A DNA stretch of 24,160 nucleotides, taken from positions 1 through 24,160 of IMG/VR virus record IMGVR_UViG_3300035187_000068; one strand, 5' to 3'. This DNA is from a virus (Duplodnaviria > Caudoviricetes). Shown in pieces: positions 8,487 through 17,442 of the stretch (positions are counted from its first letter, which is position 1; the number at the start of each line of letters is the position of its first letter). The notes beneath the pieces were generated by a model, which was not told the DNA's origin, made no database searches, and saw only the letters and a program-made list of their open reading frames with translations. Made by a program: the position numbers and the translations under genes.

Positions 8487-10225
8487 TATCCTCGTCTATA
8501 TTTTAAAGATGTTTCGCTTCTATTCATTGCCAATACTAAATCTGTTCCTCTTAAAATAAACTCACCATTCCCACCGCCACCATTAGAAGCCATTGCTCCA
8601 GCGTTAAAAGTATTGTTCATTAAATTGCCTAATTTACTAAGTGGCATAACCGCTTCGCTTTCGTTCCCTTCTCCTACCATTGCAAATGTTGGCTTGGTTA
8701 CAATTCCACCATCTGCAAGTCCTAAAAATCTTTTAAATACACCCTTAAACCCACCGAGAGATTCACTAACACCTTGCATTCCAGGAATCATATTTAATAT
8801 TGCAGTAAATGCTGCGGCTTTAATTGCTGCAAAAGCAATTTGTTCAGCAATCCCAATAAATACATTTTTTAGAGCCTCACCAATTGACTGCCCTTGCTGC
8901 ATCGCAGAAAATAAATTCATAAATGCATTTGCTGCATAATTTGACAAAGTATCTGCTAACTGAATATTTGCATCGGTTTGTTCTTTAGTAATTTGTATAT
9001 CTAAAGCCTTTTGCTCATTAATTTTCTTTTGTTGCTCGTAAAATACACTTGTTTTACCTTGTAAATAATCTCCTAACTCCCCAGTCATTTGTTGTTTGCC
9101 AAATGCTGCTATATCTGCTTTTCTCTTTCTTTCTGCATTTGCTTTATCTTGTGCAGTTTGACCAGTAATATATTGAGCCGTCTTGCCTAATTCTTTTCTT
9201 AATCTAATAGCCTCTAATATTGCATTGTTTTCCTTTCTTAAATTAGAGGAAAACGTATCAGTTGTTTTTGTTATTTCTGTATTAAAGTTTTTTGTACGAG
9301 TAGCATATTTATCTTGCTCGTTTGCAGCTTCATTAAATTGTTTAGCTATGCCTTTAAATACTTCTTCTAATGTTTTAGCCTTACTACCTATCGCTTCTGC
9401 ACCTAATATGTCAGTACCAGTTATTGCTGGTCCACCAGTTAATTTAGATAAAGCAAACGCACCTAATCCTTCACCCATAAACAAAGAACCCTTGTTTACA
9501 TTTTGTGGTGCATTTTGTGCTTCTAATTGTTTAAACGCTTGTTCTGCTGCTTTTTGTAATGCAATTTGTGCAGCTGCTCTAAATAATGCAGCTTTTACAT
9601 AACTTTCTTTATTATTTATAAATACTTTCTCGGCTTCGGCTATATCCTTTGTAGTTCCATAAACCTTGCCTAAACTATTGTTATATTGGTCTAATGCATC
9701 CTTTTTAGATAACGTGCCATTTCTAAATCTTTCAAACGCATTATTTACATTCTCAACTTCTACATACGCATTCGCAAATTCTTTTTTTGTTTGGCTAAAT
9801 GCGTTATTGTATTCTTTTAAACTTTGTGAGCCACCAGTTACTTTGTTAAAGAAATCTCCAATCTCATCTCCAAAAGCCACTATTAATGATGTTGCCACAC
9901 CAATTGCTAAGCCAATACCAGCTGGACCAGTTAATCCAGCAGCCATTGCTTTTAATGCTTGTGTACTACCTCCAGATTCTTTTTGTAAACGTTGGAATGA
10001 CTCAAGTAATGGGTTAATGTTATTGGCTATACCCATAAAGCCATACGGAGCATCTTGAGCAACTCTTGACAAGTTTGATAGGGCTTGAGTTGCTTGGTTA
10101 CCAACCTTACCAAAGTTTTGCATTTCCCCTTTAAGACCTTTAGATGCCTTAATAAAGTTTTGCAGATTATCTAATGCCTCTTTGGTATCAGCAGTTATAA
10201 CGAGTTTTAATGTTTCTTGTGCCAT
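8486..10225 (-). CDS. Tail tape measure protein (579 aa)
   Basis: Follows the tail chaperone; Ala/Gly/Lys-rich helical sequence; N-terminal LKLVITADT and RVAQDAPYGFMGIANNI; C-terminal GLADGGIVTKPTFAMVGEG..EAVMPL motif typical of TMPs. Confidence 0.9.
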   Translation of the reverse strand: MAQETLKLVITADTKEALDNLQNFIKASKGLKGEMQNFGKVGNQATQALSNLSRVAQDAPYGFMGIANNINPLLESFQRLQKESGGSTQALKAMAAGLTGPAGIGLAIGVATSLIVAFGDEIGDFFNKVTGGSQSLKEYNNAFSQTKKEFANAYVEVENVNNAFERFRNGTLSKKDALDQYNNSLGKVYGTTKDIAEAEKVFINNKESYVKAALFRAAAQIALQKAAEQAFKQLEAQNAPQNVNKGSLFMGEGLGAFALSKLTGGPAITGTDILGAEAIGSKAKTLEEVFKGIAKQFNEAANEQDKYATRTKNFNTEITKTTDTFSSNLRKENNAILEAIRLRKELGKTAQYITGQTAQDKANAERKRKADIAAFGKQQMTGELGDYLQGKTSVFYEQQKKINEQKALDIQITKEQTDANIQLADTLSNYAANAFMNLFSAMQQGQSIGEALKNVFIGIAEQIAFAAIKAAAFTAILNMIPGMQGVSESLGGFKGVFKRFLGLADGGIVTKPTFAMVGEGNESEAVMPLSKLGNLMNNTFNAGAMASNGGGGNGEFILRGTDLVLAMNRSETSLKYRRG

Positions 10226-10227
10226 CT

Positions 10228-10551
10228 TTAATTTTTAACTCCGTACATTTTTAAAGTCCTTGCTAATTCTTCATTTGTTAGCATTTTCTTTTCCTCTGCT
10301 GGTTGGTTATCGTCAATTTCTGGGATGTGCCAAAACGCTTTTAACGATTTGGGGCTTTTTTCCGAAGTGCTACTTAAATATACAATATAGGCGAGGTTTC
10401 GTGTCCTCGCCCATTCGTTTAACTCTTGTTTTTCCTTTCCCATTACAATAATAGAAAAGTCCTTCCAAGTCATCTCCCAAAACTCGCTTGGGCGTATATT
10501 ACATTCAGCAGCCTTAACTAAAATATCATCCCAACTTAGTTTTATTAGACT
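10228..10551 (-). CDS. Tail assembly chaperone, -1 frameshift extension (gpT-like part of gpGT)
   Basis: The -1 frame is open from the A9 run: SLIKLSWDDILVKAAECNIRPSEFWEMTWKDF..., containing the PxEFWxMT motif of gpT-like segments. The track's ATG at 10473 falls inside that motif. Confidence 0.8.
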   Translation of the reverse strand, partial: SLIKLSWDDILVKAAECNIRPSEFWEMTWKDFSIIVMGKEKQELNEWARTRNLAYIVYLSSTSEKSPKSLKAFWHIPEIDDNQPAEEKKMLTNEELARTLKMYGVKN

Positions 10552-10898
10552 TTTTTTTTGTCTTCTTTAGGAGTTCCACTTACGGTAGTAACAGTATTTT
10601 GTACTATGTATTTAAAATACTCCATTACTGGACCCTCTGTGTTAAATATCCCTCCTATTTCGTCTATCCAATCACATACATCATTTTCTGTGTATTCAAT
10701 TGGTTCTTTCTTGCTATTACAAGCTGATTTATAACCAGCATAAATTAGCTTTATAATAACATCTAAGTCTAATACCTTTCCGCCTACTAATTCAAAATAT
10801 TGGTCTATGGTAATGTTCATGTCTTTGCAGAACTCTCTCATTGCCCATGTACCCCATTTTAAATCTATTGTTTTGTTGTTTGTTTCAAATTGATGCAT
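10545..10898 (-). CDS. Tail assembly chaperone (gpG-like)
   Basis: 117 aa between tube and TMP; ends GAC AAA AAA AAA GTC TAA (slippery run). Confidence 0.82.
   Translation of the reverse strand: MHQFETNNKTIDLKWGTWAMREFCKDMNITIDQYFELVGGKVLDLDVIIKLIYAGYKSACNSKKEPIEYTENDVCDWIDEIGGIFNTEGPVMEYFKYIVQNTVTTVSGTPKEDKKKV
10551..10559 (-). other. Programmed -1 frameshift slippery site (A9; A AAA AAA)
   Basis: In-frame X XXY YYZ heptamer just before the gpG stop; the downstream ORF is exactly in the -1 frame. Confidence 0.8.
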
Positions 10899-10916
10899 AT
10901 TGGTTTTTTGTTTTTA

Positions 10917-11354
10917 TTATTGTTCTGTTTGTGTTACTGGCGGTGCATAAACTACAAATGTTGCAGAAAACTTAACGTCATCTTTATCATCTGCATTTAC
11001 GTCAAAGTTAGAAATCCAAACACTACCGCTATAAGTAATGTCTCCAGTTGTTGGAGTTGCTTTACCCATTTTCATAGCAAATACAGTTCTTGCAGCATGA
11101 GCAGCATATAATTGTTGGTAGCTATCTTTTGCTGGGCTTCCAGTTTCGTCAATTGCAAAACCTTCACATTGGAAAGATTGTGTAAATGATGGTCCAGGTT
11201 GGAATTCATCTCCACATTTAGAAGTTGCATCAATAGTGTTTACAGTTGATGTAAGTGAGTTTGATGTTAGACAAGCAACTGGCTTAAAAGTTGCGTTCCC
11301 ATCAATGTCTGCAAGTAGGATATAATCTCTTGCTGATACTTTAGTTTCTGGCAT
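10917..11354 (-). CDS. Major tail tube protein
   Basis: 145 aa between tail terminator and chaperone; PVACLTSNSL..IDATSKC..FQCEG..YSGSVWISNF..KFSATF pattern of siphovirus tube proteins. Confidence 0.85.
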   Translation of the reverse strand: MPETKVSARDYILLADIDGNATFKPVACLTSNSLTSTVNTIDATSKCGDEFQPGPSFTQSFQCEGFAIDETGSPAKDSYQQLYAAHAARTVFAMKMGKATPTTGDITYSGSVWISNFDVNADDKDDVKFSATFVVYAPPVTQTEQ

Positions 11355-11359
11355 TTTAT

Positions 11360-11767
11360 TTAATTTTGAGTTATTATTATGTTATATGTTATAATCGTTC
11401 TAAATACATTATCCATTGGGTTTATTCCGTCTAAGTTTCTGATACTTGCCACACTTAAAGATGAACTATAAAAGCCATTTGCGAGTGTTATGTTAGTATC
11501 TGAATTTATAGCAGTCAAAACTAAATTGCTAATCGTTTCAGCACGTTTATAGCCAAAGTTAGCATTTTTTGTAACAATGTCCACATCAATAGATACACCA
11601 TTTGTGTAACCAGATTTCCCTTGTTCTTGAGTTGATGTTCTTCCAGTCATTACAATATATTCATCACCAGCCCCCTCTGGTGCTATACCATCATAAACGA
11701 TTAGACCACTTGCACTTGTTAAGTTGGTATAAAACCATTTCTTTATTTCTATATTAGGGTTAAGCAT
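11360..11767 (-). CDS. Tail terminator / completion protein (SPP1 gp17 / DUF3168-like)
   Basis: 135 aa with VYDGIAPE...YIVM motif; synteny between gp10-like gene and tube gene. Confidence 0.72.
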   Translation of the reverse strand: MLNPNIEIKKWFYTNLTSASGLIVYDGIAPEGAGDEYIVMTGRTSTQEQGKSGYTNGVSIDVDIVTKNANFGYKRAETISNLVLTAINSDTNITLANGFYSSSLSVASIRNLDGINPMDNVFRTIITYNIIITQN

Positions 11768-12332
11768 TTAATATCTTTTTTAGTTTTTCTATCAATTTAG
11801 GCTTTTCTTGCTCGTAAGCTGGTATTAAAAAAGGTTGTGGTCTAATACCATTTTTTAATATTTTAATAGCCAAAAACCTTGCTAATTTCTCGTCTTGTGA
11901 TTGTTTTAGTTTACTTCCACCTTGCCTTCTACCACTCTTCACGCTATAAGTTCCAGCTAATCCCTTTCTTTTAACCCACAAAGTTAAAGCCTTAATCATA
12001 TCATCTAAACTGCCACCTCTCTTGCCTTTAAACGTTGCAGCGTATTCTTCATACCCAGCTGGTATAGAAACCTTACCTCCAGTTCCAAATTCTACATATG
12101 CCCCATAAGACGCACCAACTTCTACATAGTGAGTTAATTTATCTTTTGATGTAGCGTGAATACTTTGTCTTAATGTACCCATATTTACTGGAGCCAGACG
12201 TTTTGCTATCTTTTCTATTCTTAATGTAGATGCAGATATTTCTTTAGCTAACTCTGTACTTACATTGTTTTCTATTTCTTTTAACTTTTTTTCAAGTCTT
12301 GGTATGCCAGATAAGTCTATTCCAAAGCCCAT
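11760..12332 (-). CDS. HK97 gp10-like tail completion / neck protein
   Basis: Motifs AKRLAPVNMGTLRQSI, YGAYVEFGTG and PQPFLIPAY. Confidence 0.88.
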   Translation of the reverse strand: MGFGIDLSGIPRLEKKLKEIENNVSTELAKEISASTLRIEKIAKRLAPVNMGTLRQSIHATSKDKLTHYVEVGASYGAYVEFGTGGKVSIPAGYEEYAATFKGKRGGSLDDMIKALTLWVKRKGLAGTYSVKSGRRQGGSKLKQSQDEKLARFLAIKILKNGIRPQPFLIPAYEQEKPKLIEKLKKILNA

Positions 12333-12673
12333 TATCTATAAATTACAAGTTCGTAAAATCTCTTTTGATTCTCTACATCCTTTACAGAATGTATAGTATA
12401 TCTTGACCCTTCAACTTCTACCTCATAATTTTCGTTTATCGTAACTCCATATCTGATATAAAGCACTGCTCTTTGGTCAAATTGCAATTCCGACTCGTCT
12501 ATCTCTCTTGCCTTATTATCTGGTCTTAAATCGCCCCAAACAGTGCTTTGTAGGGCAAATGTCGTTGTATATCCACCTTGCCCATCACTAACACGAGTAG
12601 GAGCATAAACCAATACTTGACGAGTCATTGTATTAGCATCAATATAATTAGCTTTTGCTTTACCTAATTTCAT
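12332..12673 (-). CDS. Head closure / head-tail adaptor (SPP1 gp16-like); start re-assigned to ATG 12673
   Basis: Motifs SDGQGG, VWGD, IRY and RYTIHSVKD. The MKLGK start lies 1 nt after the upstream stop, whereas the track's start overlaps the upstream gene. Confidence 0.82.
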   Translation of the reverse strand: MKLGKAKANYIDANTMTRQVLVYAPTRVSDGQGGYTTTFALQSTVWGDLRPDNKAREIDESELQFDQRAVLYIRYGVTINENYEVEVEGSRYTIHSVKDVENQKRFYELVIYR

Positions 12674-12674
12674 A

Positions 12675-13202
12675 TTATAATATTGGCGAAGTTTTAGTCC
12701 ATCTTTGACACGCTCTATATGTTTTCTCACAAATACCAGAGTTGCCGTCTAAACCTCTATTCTCGTAATCGTAACTTACTTGGTCTAATATTGCTATTTT
12801 AAGGTCTTGTGGGATACAGTCAAAACCAGCGTTATAAGTCGCTTTCATGTCGTTTTGTGCTGGGTATTTAACCTTAGGATAAGCACCGCCAATTAGTTTA
12901 TAATCGTTGCTATCAATTTCATCTCCGTTATTATCGTATAAAGAAAGGAAATAAGTTACTGGACCAAATGGTAAATCAAAGTTTGCACCTTCATTACAAA
13001 ACCACACCTCAACTTGACGAGGGATTAGGCTTAAATTAGTAATTTGTTCAATAGCCTCTCTTGCTTGAGTTATCATGCTTTCAATCAACGCATCTTCAGT
13101 AGATGTCGTTACTCTACAATACAATTTAGCCTCTGCAAGTGTAACTGGCTCTGTTACTGGAGCATTGTTAGAAAATTGGTAATCATTCCTATAACTGTAC
13201 AT
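12675..13202 (-). CDS. Head-tail connector (HK97 gp6 / phiE125 gp8-like)
   Basis: EPVTLAEAKLYCRV...EDALIESMITQAREAIE; C-terminal PQDLKIAIL..V..DYENRG. Confidence 0.9.
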   Translation of the reverse strand: MYSYRNDYQFSNNAPVTEPVTLAEAKLYCRVTTSTEDALIESMITQAREAIEQITNLSLIPRQVEVWFCNEGANFDLPFGPVTYFLSLYDNNGDEIDSNDYKLIGGAYPKVKYPAQNDMKATYNAGFDCIPQDLKIAILDQVSYDYENRGLDGNSGICEKTYRACQRWTKTSPIL

Positions 13203-13215
13203 ATTCCCTTTTTTA

Positions 13216-13223
13216 CAAATTTA
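13216..13223 (-). promoter_or_regulatory. -7 box TAAATTTG just downstream of the capsid terminator
   Basis: TAnnTTTG match 13 nt upstream of ATG 13202; no clear -33 TTG. Confidence 0.55.
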
Positions 13224-13236
13224 CATTAATTATAAT

Positions 13237-13264
13237 AAAAAACCCCACCGATTAAGATGGGGTC
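13237..13264 (-). terminator. Intrinsic terminator after the major capsid gene
   Basis: GACCCCATC-TTAATC-GGTGGGGTT followed by TTTT on the minus strand. Confidence 0.85.
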
Positions 13265-13285
13265 TTTATTTTAGATGGATATATA

Positions 13286-14380
13286 TTATCCTACGTTTCC
13301 TAAGTCAGCATAGATAGCAGATGTAGTCAACATTAAGTTGATGTCTTCGTAACACTCGATACGAGCAGTTACTAAGTTCTTTTGGAAGTTCTCGCCATTC
13401 TCATAAGAGAACTCGATAGCTAATCCTTCAACTTCTACTCTTTCGATGTAGTTATTGTCGATAATCAATACTTTGTCATCAGTTACCCAAGATGCAGATA
13501 CTACTGGAACACCCCAGATAGTCATACCACCATTAGCGTTTACAATTACGCTACCGTTACCAGCATAGTAACCAGCATCGATAGTAGCTTTCAATAAACG
13601 ACCCATTTGAGTTTGGCTTACTAAAGCGAAAGAAGGAACGAAGTTTGCAGTCTTTTGGTTACCGATGTAATCAACTAATTGCTTTAAATCGTTTGTTTCT
13701 GCAGTTGTAGTAGAACCAGTTGCAGCACCAGATACAGTACCGAAGAATGCAGCGTTCTCAGCCTTAAAGAAATCTCTTTGTAACATTCTTGGTAAAGTTT
13801 GAGTCATGAAAGGTAATGACTTTAACATTTGCTTAGAGAAAGTTGAGAAACCAGCTAAGTAGTCGTTTACAACTTTAACTTCTGTTAAAGAGTAGTTGTT
13901 CTCACCTTTATCAGAACCTTCTGTTTGGTTAGCAATGTTGTTAGTTAAACCAGCGTTCTCACGATAGTAAACATACAAACCAGTGCTTGAACGTACAGTA
14001 GGGATTAAATCTCTAAAGTTAATGCTTTGTGCTGGTTGGATAGCTGGATTAGGAGCATAAGTTGCTACTGAATCACCAGTTAAGTTACCAGATAAAGTCA
14101 TTGTCTTAACATCAGATAAATCTAAACGGAACTTACCGTTAGACTTTAAAGACTTCTCCATTGCATCCATGTTACCATCTAATTTCTCCATGATAACTTC
14201 GTCAATGTACTTTACTTCTTTCTTAGCAGCTTTCTTTTGAGCAGCTAATTGAGAATCGATTTGCTTTTGTAACTCGTCTTTTACAACAGTTACAGATGCT
14301 TTTACCTCTTCGATAGAAGCACTTGTGTTAGCTTGAAAACCTTTAAGGTTCTCTGCCATTTCGTTAATTAAATTTTCCAT
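13286..14380 (-). CDS. Major capsid protein, HK97 family, with N-terminal coiled-coil (delta-like) region
   Basis: 364 aa after the protease; FRDLIP, EGSDKGE, SKQML, IWGVPVV, ENFQKNLVTARIE motifs; strong codon bias; followed by a terminator. Confidence 0.93.
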   Translation of the reverse strand: MENLINEMAENLKGFQANTSASIEEVKASVTVVKDELQKQIDSQLAAQKKAAKKEVKYIDEVIMEKLDGNMDAMEKSLKSNGKFRLDLSDVKTMTLSGNLTGDSVATYAPNPAIQPAQSINFRDLIPTVRSSTGLYVYYRENAGLTNNIANQTEGSDKGENNYSLTEVKVVNDYLAGFSTFSKQMLKSLPFMTQTLPRMLQRDFFKAENAAFFGTVSGAATGSTTTAETNDLKQLVDYIGNQKTANFVPSFALVSQTQMGRLLKATIDAGYYAGNGSVIVNANGGMTIWGVPVVSASWVTDDKVLIIDNNYIERVEVEGLAIEFSYENGENFQKNLVTARIECYEDINLMLTTSAIYADLGNVG

Positions 14381-14383
14381 TTT

Positions 14384-15130
14384 TTACTTTTTAAATAGAT
14401 TGTTAAAATGATTGATTGCTTTCAATACGTCTTCATTACTTTTCTCCTCTACTACTGTTTCGGTCGGCTCAACTGATGGCTCGGGTTGAGTGATAGTTTC
14501 AACAATGTCAAGTTCTAATAATGCAGCTTGTATTTGTTTTATTTGAATCTCCATTAAAGCAAAAGTGTCATCTGTAAAGGTTCCACCTCTAAATGCCTTA
14601 ATCAAGTTTTCTAAACGCAAAGATAAAGTCTCCTTGTTTTCTTTTAATTCACCCTTGAATCCAAGAGTTGGAGTTTCTGGGTTAGCACCCCAAAGAACCG
14701 CTGAACCTTCATACAGTTTTAATTCTGTAATTGTTCTAACTCCAGTCTTTTGGTCTACTGTACTTTTTAATGTAGTAAAACCGATTGAGTGTTGATTGAT
14801 TAAACCAGCCTCGTAAAGTTTGATTGCATCTTCGCCACACTCTGTTTCGATTAAGTCAGTAACTGCAACAAGCATATCGCCTTCAACGTACAATTCTTTA
14901 GGCTTACCTAAAGTATGTGCCATATCGGCTTTATGGTCTACTAATGACCAAATCATATTCTTGCCCTCTGGTCCTCTTTCTTTTATTGTTTTTGTAAACG
15001 CTTCAGCTACGATAATATCGCCATCTAAATCTACGTTTCCTAAACGAGACCAACACGCTTTTACTGTTCTTGTTTCTGGGGTGATGTCTAATATCATTTC
15101 ATCATAACCCTTTTGCTCGATTTTACTCAT
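14384..15130 (-). CDS. HK97-family prohead protease (S78)
   Basis: GNVDLDGDII..AFTKTI, DH (His), HSIGF (Ser) and LYEGSAVLWGANPET motifs; acidic/Pro-rich C-terminal tail. Confidence 0.92.
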   Translation of the reverse strand: MSKIEQKGYDEMILDITPETRTVKACWSRLGNVDLDGDIIVAEAFTKTIKERGPEGKNMIWSLVDHKADMAHTLGKPKELYVEGDMLVAVTDLIETECGEDAIKLYEAGLINQHSIGFTTLKSTVDQKTGVRTITELKLYEGSAVLWGANPETPTLGFKGELKENKETLSLRLENLIKAFRGGTFTDDTFALMEIQIKQIQAALLELDIVETITQPEPSVEPTETVVEEKSNEDVLKAINHFNNLFKK

Positions 15131-15134
15131 AAAA

Positions 15135-15163
15135 CAAAGTTATTATATTTTTTATTATTGCAA
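15135..15163 (-). promoter_or_regulatory. Promoter TTG-N18-TAACTTTG, 4 nt upstream of the protease ATG (probable leaderless)
   Basis: Minus strand reads TAACTTTG-TTTT-ATG; TTG at 15161-15163. Confidence 0.65.
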
Positions 15164-16030
15164 TGCATCCGCTACTAAGTTTCCAATTGTCATTCCTATT
15201 ACGTTTCCAAGTAAACCCCAAATTACTCCAGCATCTCCTTTTGGCGGATTGTTTTGTAGTGTTTGTAATTTACCATCGCTACCTCTTACTGCCTCATATC
15301 CTAAGGTACATCTGCAATTACATACGTTAGCAGCACGAGCAGTTGAATCGCCTGGATGTAACATATAATCTACAAATGTTTTACCCTTAACCATAAACTT
15401 TTCATCCATAGGAACTGTTACTCCGTCCATGTGTAAATGGTCAGCACTATCTCTTGGTATTCTACGAGTTCTGTTATCTCTTGTCGCTATCCATTCTTTA
15501 ACAGTTACTAAGCCAGTAGACATTGCACCAACCATTGAGCCAGTATTTGCTGCTCTTGATGTTTCAGTTCTTGCTATAAGTTCTGCTCTATAATCTGTAA
15601 TACCAGATACTCTAAGCATAGGGATTAGTTCGCTTATAGATAAGTTTTGTCTTGCTCCTTGTAATAAGAAGTTTCTTATTTGTTCCTTTGTAGTGTCAGT
15701 AATGTCGGATGCTAATTGGTCTAATCCTTTAGTTTCTAAGTATTGTAAAATAACATAAGCAAATAGGTCTGTCTTAGCTGACTTTTGCTCGAATGGTCCA
15801 GAATAGCCCTTTGTAGCCTTTTTAACGTCCTTTTCTGCTATTAATGCCATCTTTGTACCCAAAGCAACGTGGAGTTGCTTAATGGTCTTTTTAAGGGCTT
15901 TATCGCTTATTGCGTCATAGTCTTGTGTACGGCAAAACGTATCTACTTGCTTTTGTAGTTCTTTCTTGAACTTAGGCGAGTACTGCTTTAATGCGTTTGC
16001 ATAAAGTTTACAATAGTCTTGCCAAATCAT
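15155..16030 (-). CDS. Minor head protein, SPP1 gp7 / MuF family
   Basis: RAELIARTETSRAAN, KEWIATRDNRTR, H..MDG, HPGD and NCRC motifs; directly after the portal. Confidence 0.9.
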   Translation of the reverse strand: MIWQDYCKLYANALKQYSPKFKKELQKQVDTFCRTQDYDAISDKALKKTIKQLHVALGTKMALIAEKDVKKATKGYSGPFEQKSAKTDLFAYVILQYLETKGLDQLASDITDTTKEQIRNFLLQGARQNLSISELIPMLRVSGITDYRAELIARTETSRAANTGSMVGAMSTGLVTVKEWIATRDNRTRRIPRDSADHLHMDGVTVPMDEKFMVKGKTFVDYMLHPGDSTARAANVCNCRCTLGYEAVRGSDGKLQTLQNNPPKGDAGVIWGLLGNVIGMTIGNLVADALQ

Positions 16031-17407
16031 TTACTCTGGTATTTGTAATGGTTGGAAATCGTCAGCTGATTGAAGTGAAGATGGAATGTAAAGTTTTTCC
16101 ATTTCCGCCTCTGGTATGTAGTCTGGTATTTCAATTCCCATAATGTCCATTTTTTGCTTAGGAGCAATCCACCACGCTTTATCTAACCATTCTACTTGCT
16201 CGTTCTTGTTTGCCTCAAGTTCACCATAAATAGATGCATCAAAATCTACATAAATATCAGTTCCTTTATAGCCCCAGTCAGAATGTAGCTTTCTGTTGAT
16301 GTTATCTCTAATACCAGTTAATAATGGTAACGCACAACGTAATGTCAAAGCCTTCTCGCCTTCTCTTTGGTTATTGTAAGTCTTGTTGTCGCTATCGTTT
16401 AATAATTGTGCCGGTACTCCGTAAATATTGCAAAGTGCTTTCATATCCCACTTCTCACTCTCAATAATGTCAAGTTCTACCGGACTTAATCCTATTTGTT
16501 TCCAATCTACTTTATATCCACTTACTGCAATAGAGTTAAAGTTACTTGCACCACCTTTCTCACTAACCGCCTTCTTTAATGCTTGTGCTTGTTGGCTTCC
16601 ACTCATTGGGTCAAATCTATCATCGTTCATAAAAAGAACTCCAGCTGGACCTCCATTCTGAAAAGATGCAACCGCAGCAGTCTTGGCTTCGTTCGAACGA
16701 GTCAAGTTTTTCGCAGCAGCCATTAACGGAGATTGACCATATAATTGATTGCCAGTAGTATTCCATTGTGGGTTAAAGTATTTGTCTTGTAAAATTTCTT
16801 GTTTGCTAAAATCCCAAAGCGGTCCATAGTTTAATTGATAACCAGCTATCGTTGGAGGGAATCTTTGAATATCAGCTAAAATATACATATACTGTGCTGG
16901 TAAAACGTACAACTCATAAGGTTTGCCGTTATTGTTACCGCCTTCTATCATCTTAGCGTACACAAATGAATTACCAGTAACTAATTTGAAACCAGCCCAA
17001 GCCTCAATAAAATCTCCCCAAGTATCTTGCTCGTTAGGGTATTTTAATAATTCATTTAATCTACCATCGTTCTTATATAATTCAAATGCTTTGCTATGTA
17101 GCTTATGTACTTCTTTCCAGTTCTCAATTTTATCTGGTTGGCTCATTAAAGCCTTGTATTTTTTAGCAGCAACTTCATCTACTACCTTATAAACGTGCCA
17201 TGGGGCTATCTTTGCTTTATCAGTAATTAACTTTACAATTGAATAAACTATATCGTTTGCTTGGTAACCATCGTTTACAAAGCTAATATTATCGCCACCT
17301 TGCCACGTTACTATCCCTTGTTGTATTGCTACTTGTCCGTTAAAAGGAATGTTAGGTAAAATAGTGTTTAGCTTCTGTTTTGTTTTCAAGAAGTCAAATA
17401 ATCCCAT
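16031..17407 (-). CDS. Portal protein (HK97-like)
   Basis: 458 aa; LLKYPN, LVTGNSF, YGQSPL, FQNGGPAGVL, LCNIYGVPAQLL and TYNN motifs; follows TerL. Confidence 0.93.
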   Translation of the reverse strand: MGLFDFLKTKQKLNTILPNIPFNGQVAIQQGIVTWQGGDNISFVNDGYQANDIVYSIVKLITDKAKIAPWHVYKVVDEVAAKKYKALMSQPDKIENWKEVHKLHSKAFELYKNDGRLNELLKYPNEQDTWGDFIEAWAGFKLVTGNSFVYAKMIEGGNNNGKPYELYVLPAQYMYILADIQRFPPTIAGYQLNYGPLWDFSKQEILQDKYFNPQWNTTGNQLYGQSPLMAAAKNLTRSNEAKTAAVASFQNGGPAGVLFMNDDRFDPMSGSQQAQALKKAVSEKGGASNFNSIAVSGYKVDWKQIGLSPVELDIIESEKWDMKALCNIYGVPAQLLNDSDNKTYNNQREGEKALTLRCALPLLTGIRDNINRKLHSDWGYKGTDIYVDFDASIYGELEANKNEQVEWLDKAWWIAPKQKMDIMGIEIPDYIPEAEMEKLYIPSSLQSADDFQPLQIPE

Positions 17408-17423
17408 TTGTGTATATTTTAGT

Positions 17424-17431
17424 CAAAGTTA
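17424..17431 (-). promoter_or_regulatory. -7 box TAACTTTG upstream of portal
   Basis: TAnnTTTG match in the TerL-portal gap, 16 nt upstream of ATG. Confidence 0.55.
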
Positions 17432-17442
17432 AAGATTTTATA

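Noticed and set aside
15155-16030. MuF polymorphic toxin-immunity system
   Set aside because: The extension is only ~50 aa with no enzymatic toxin motif, and the next gene is the prohead protease rather than an immunity gene.
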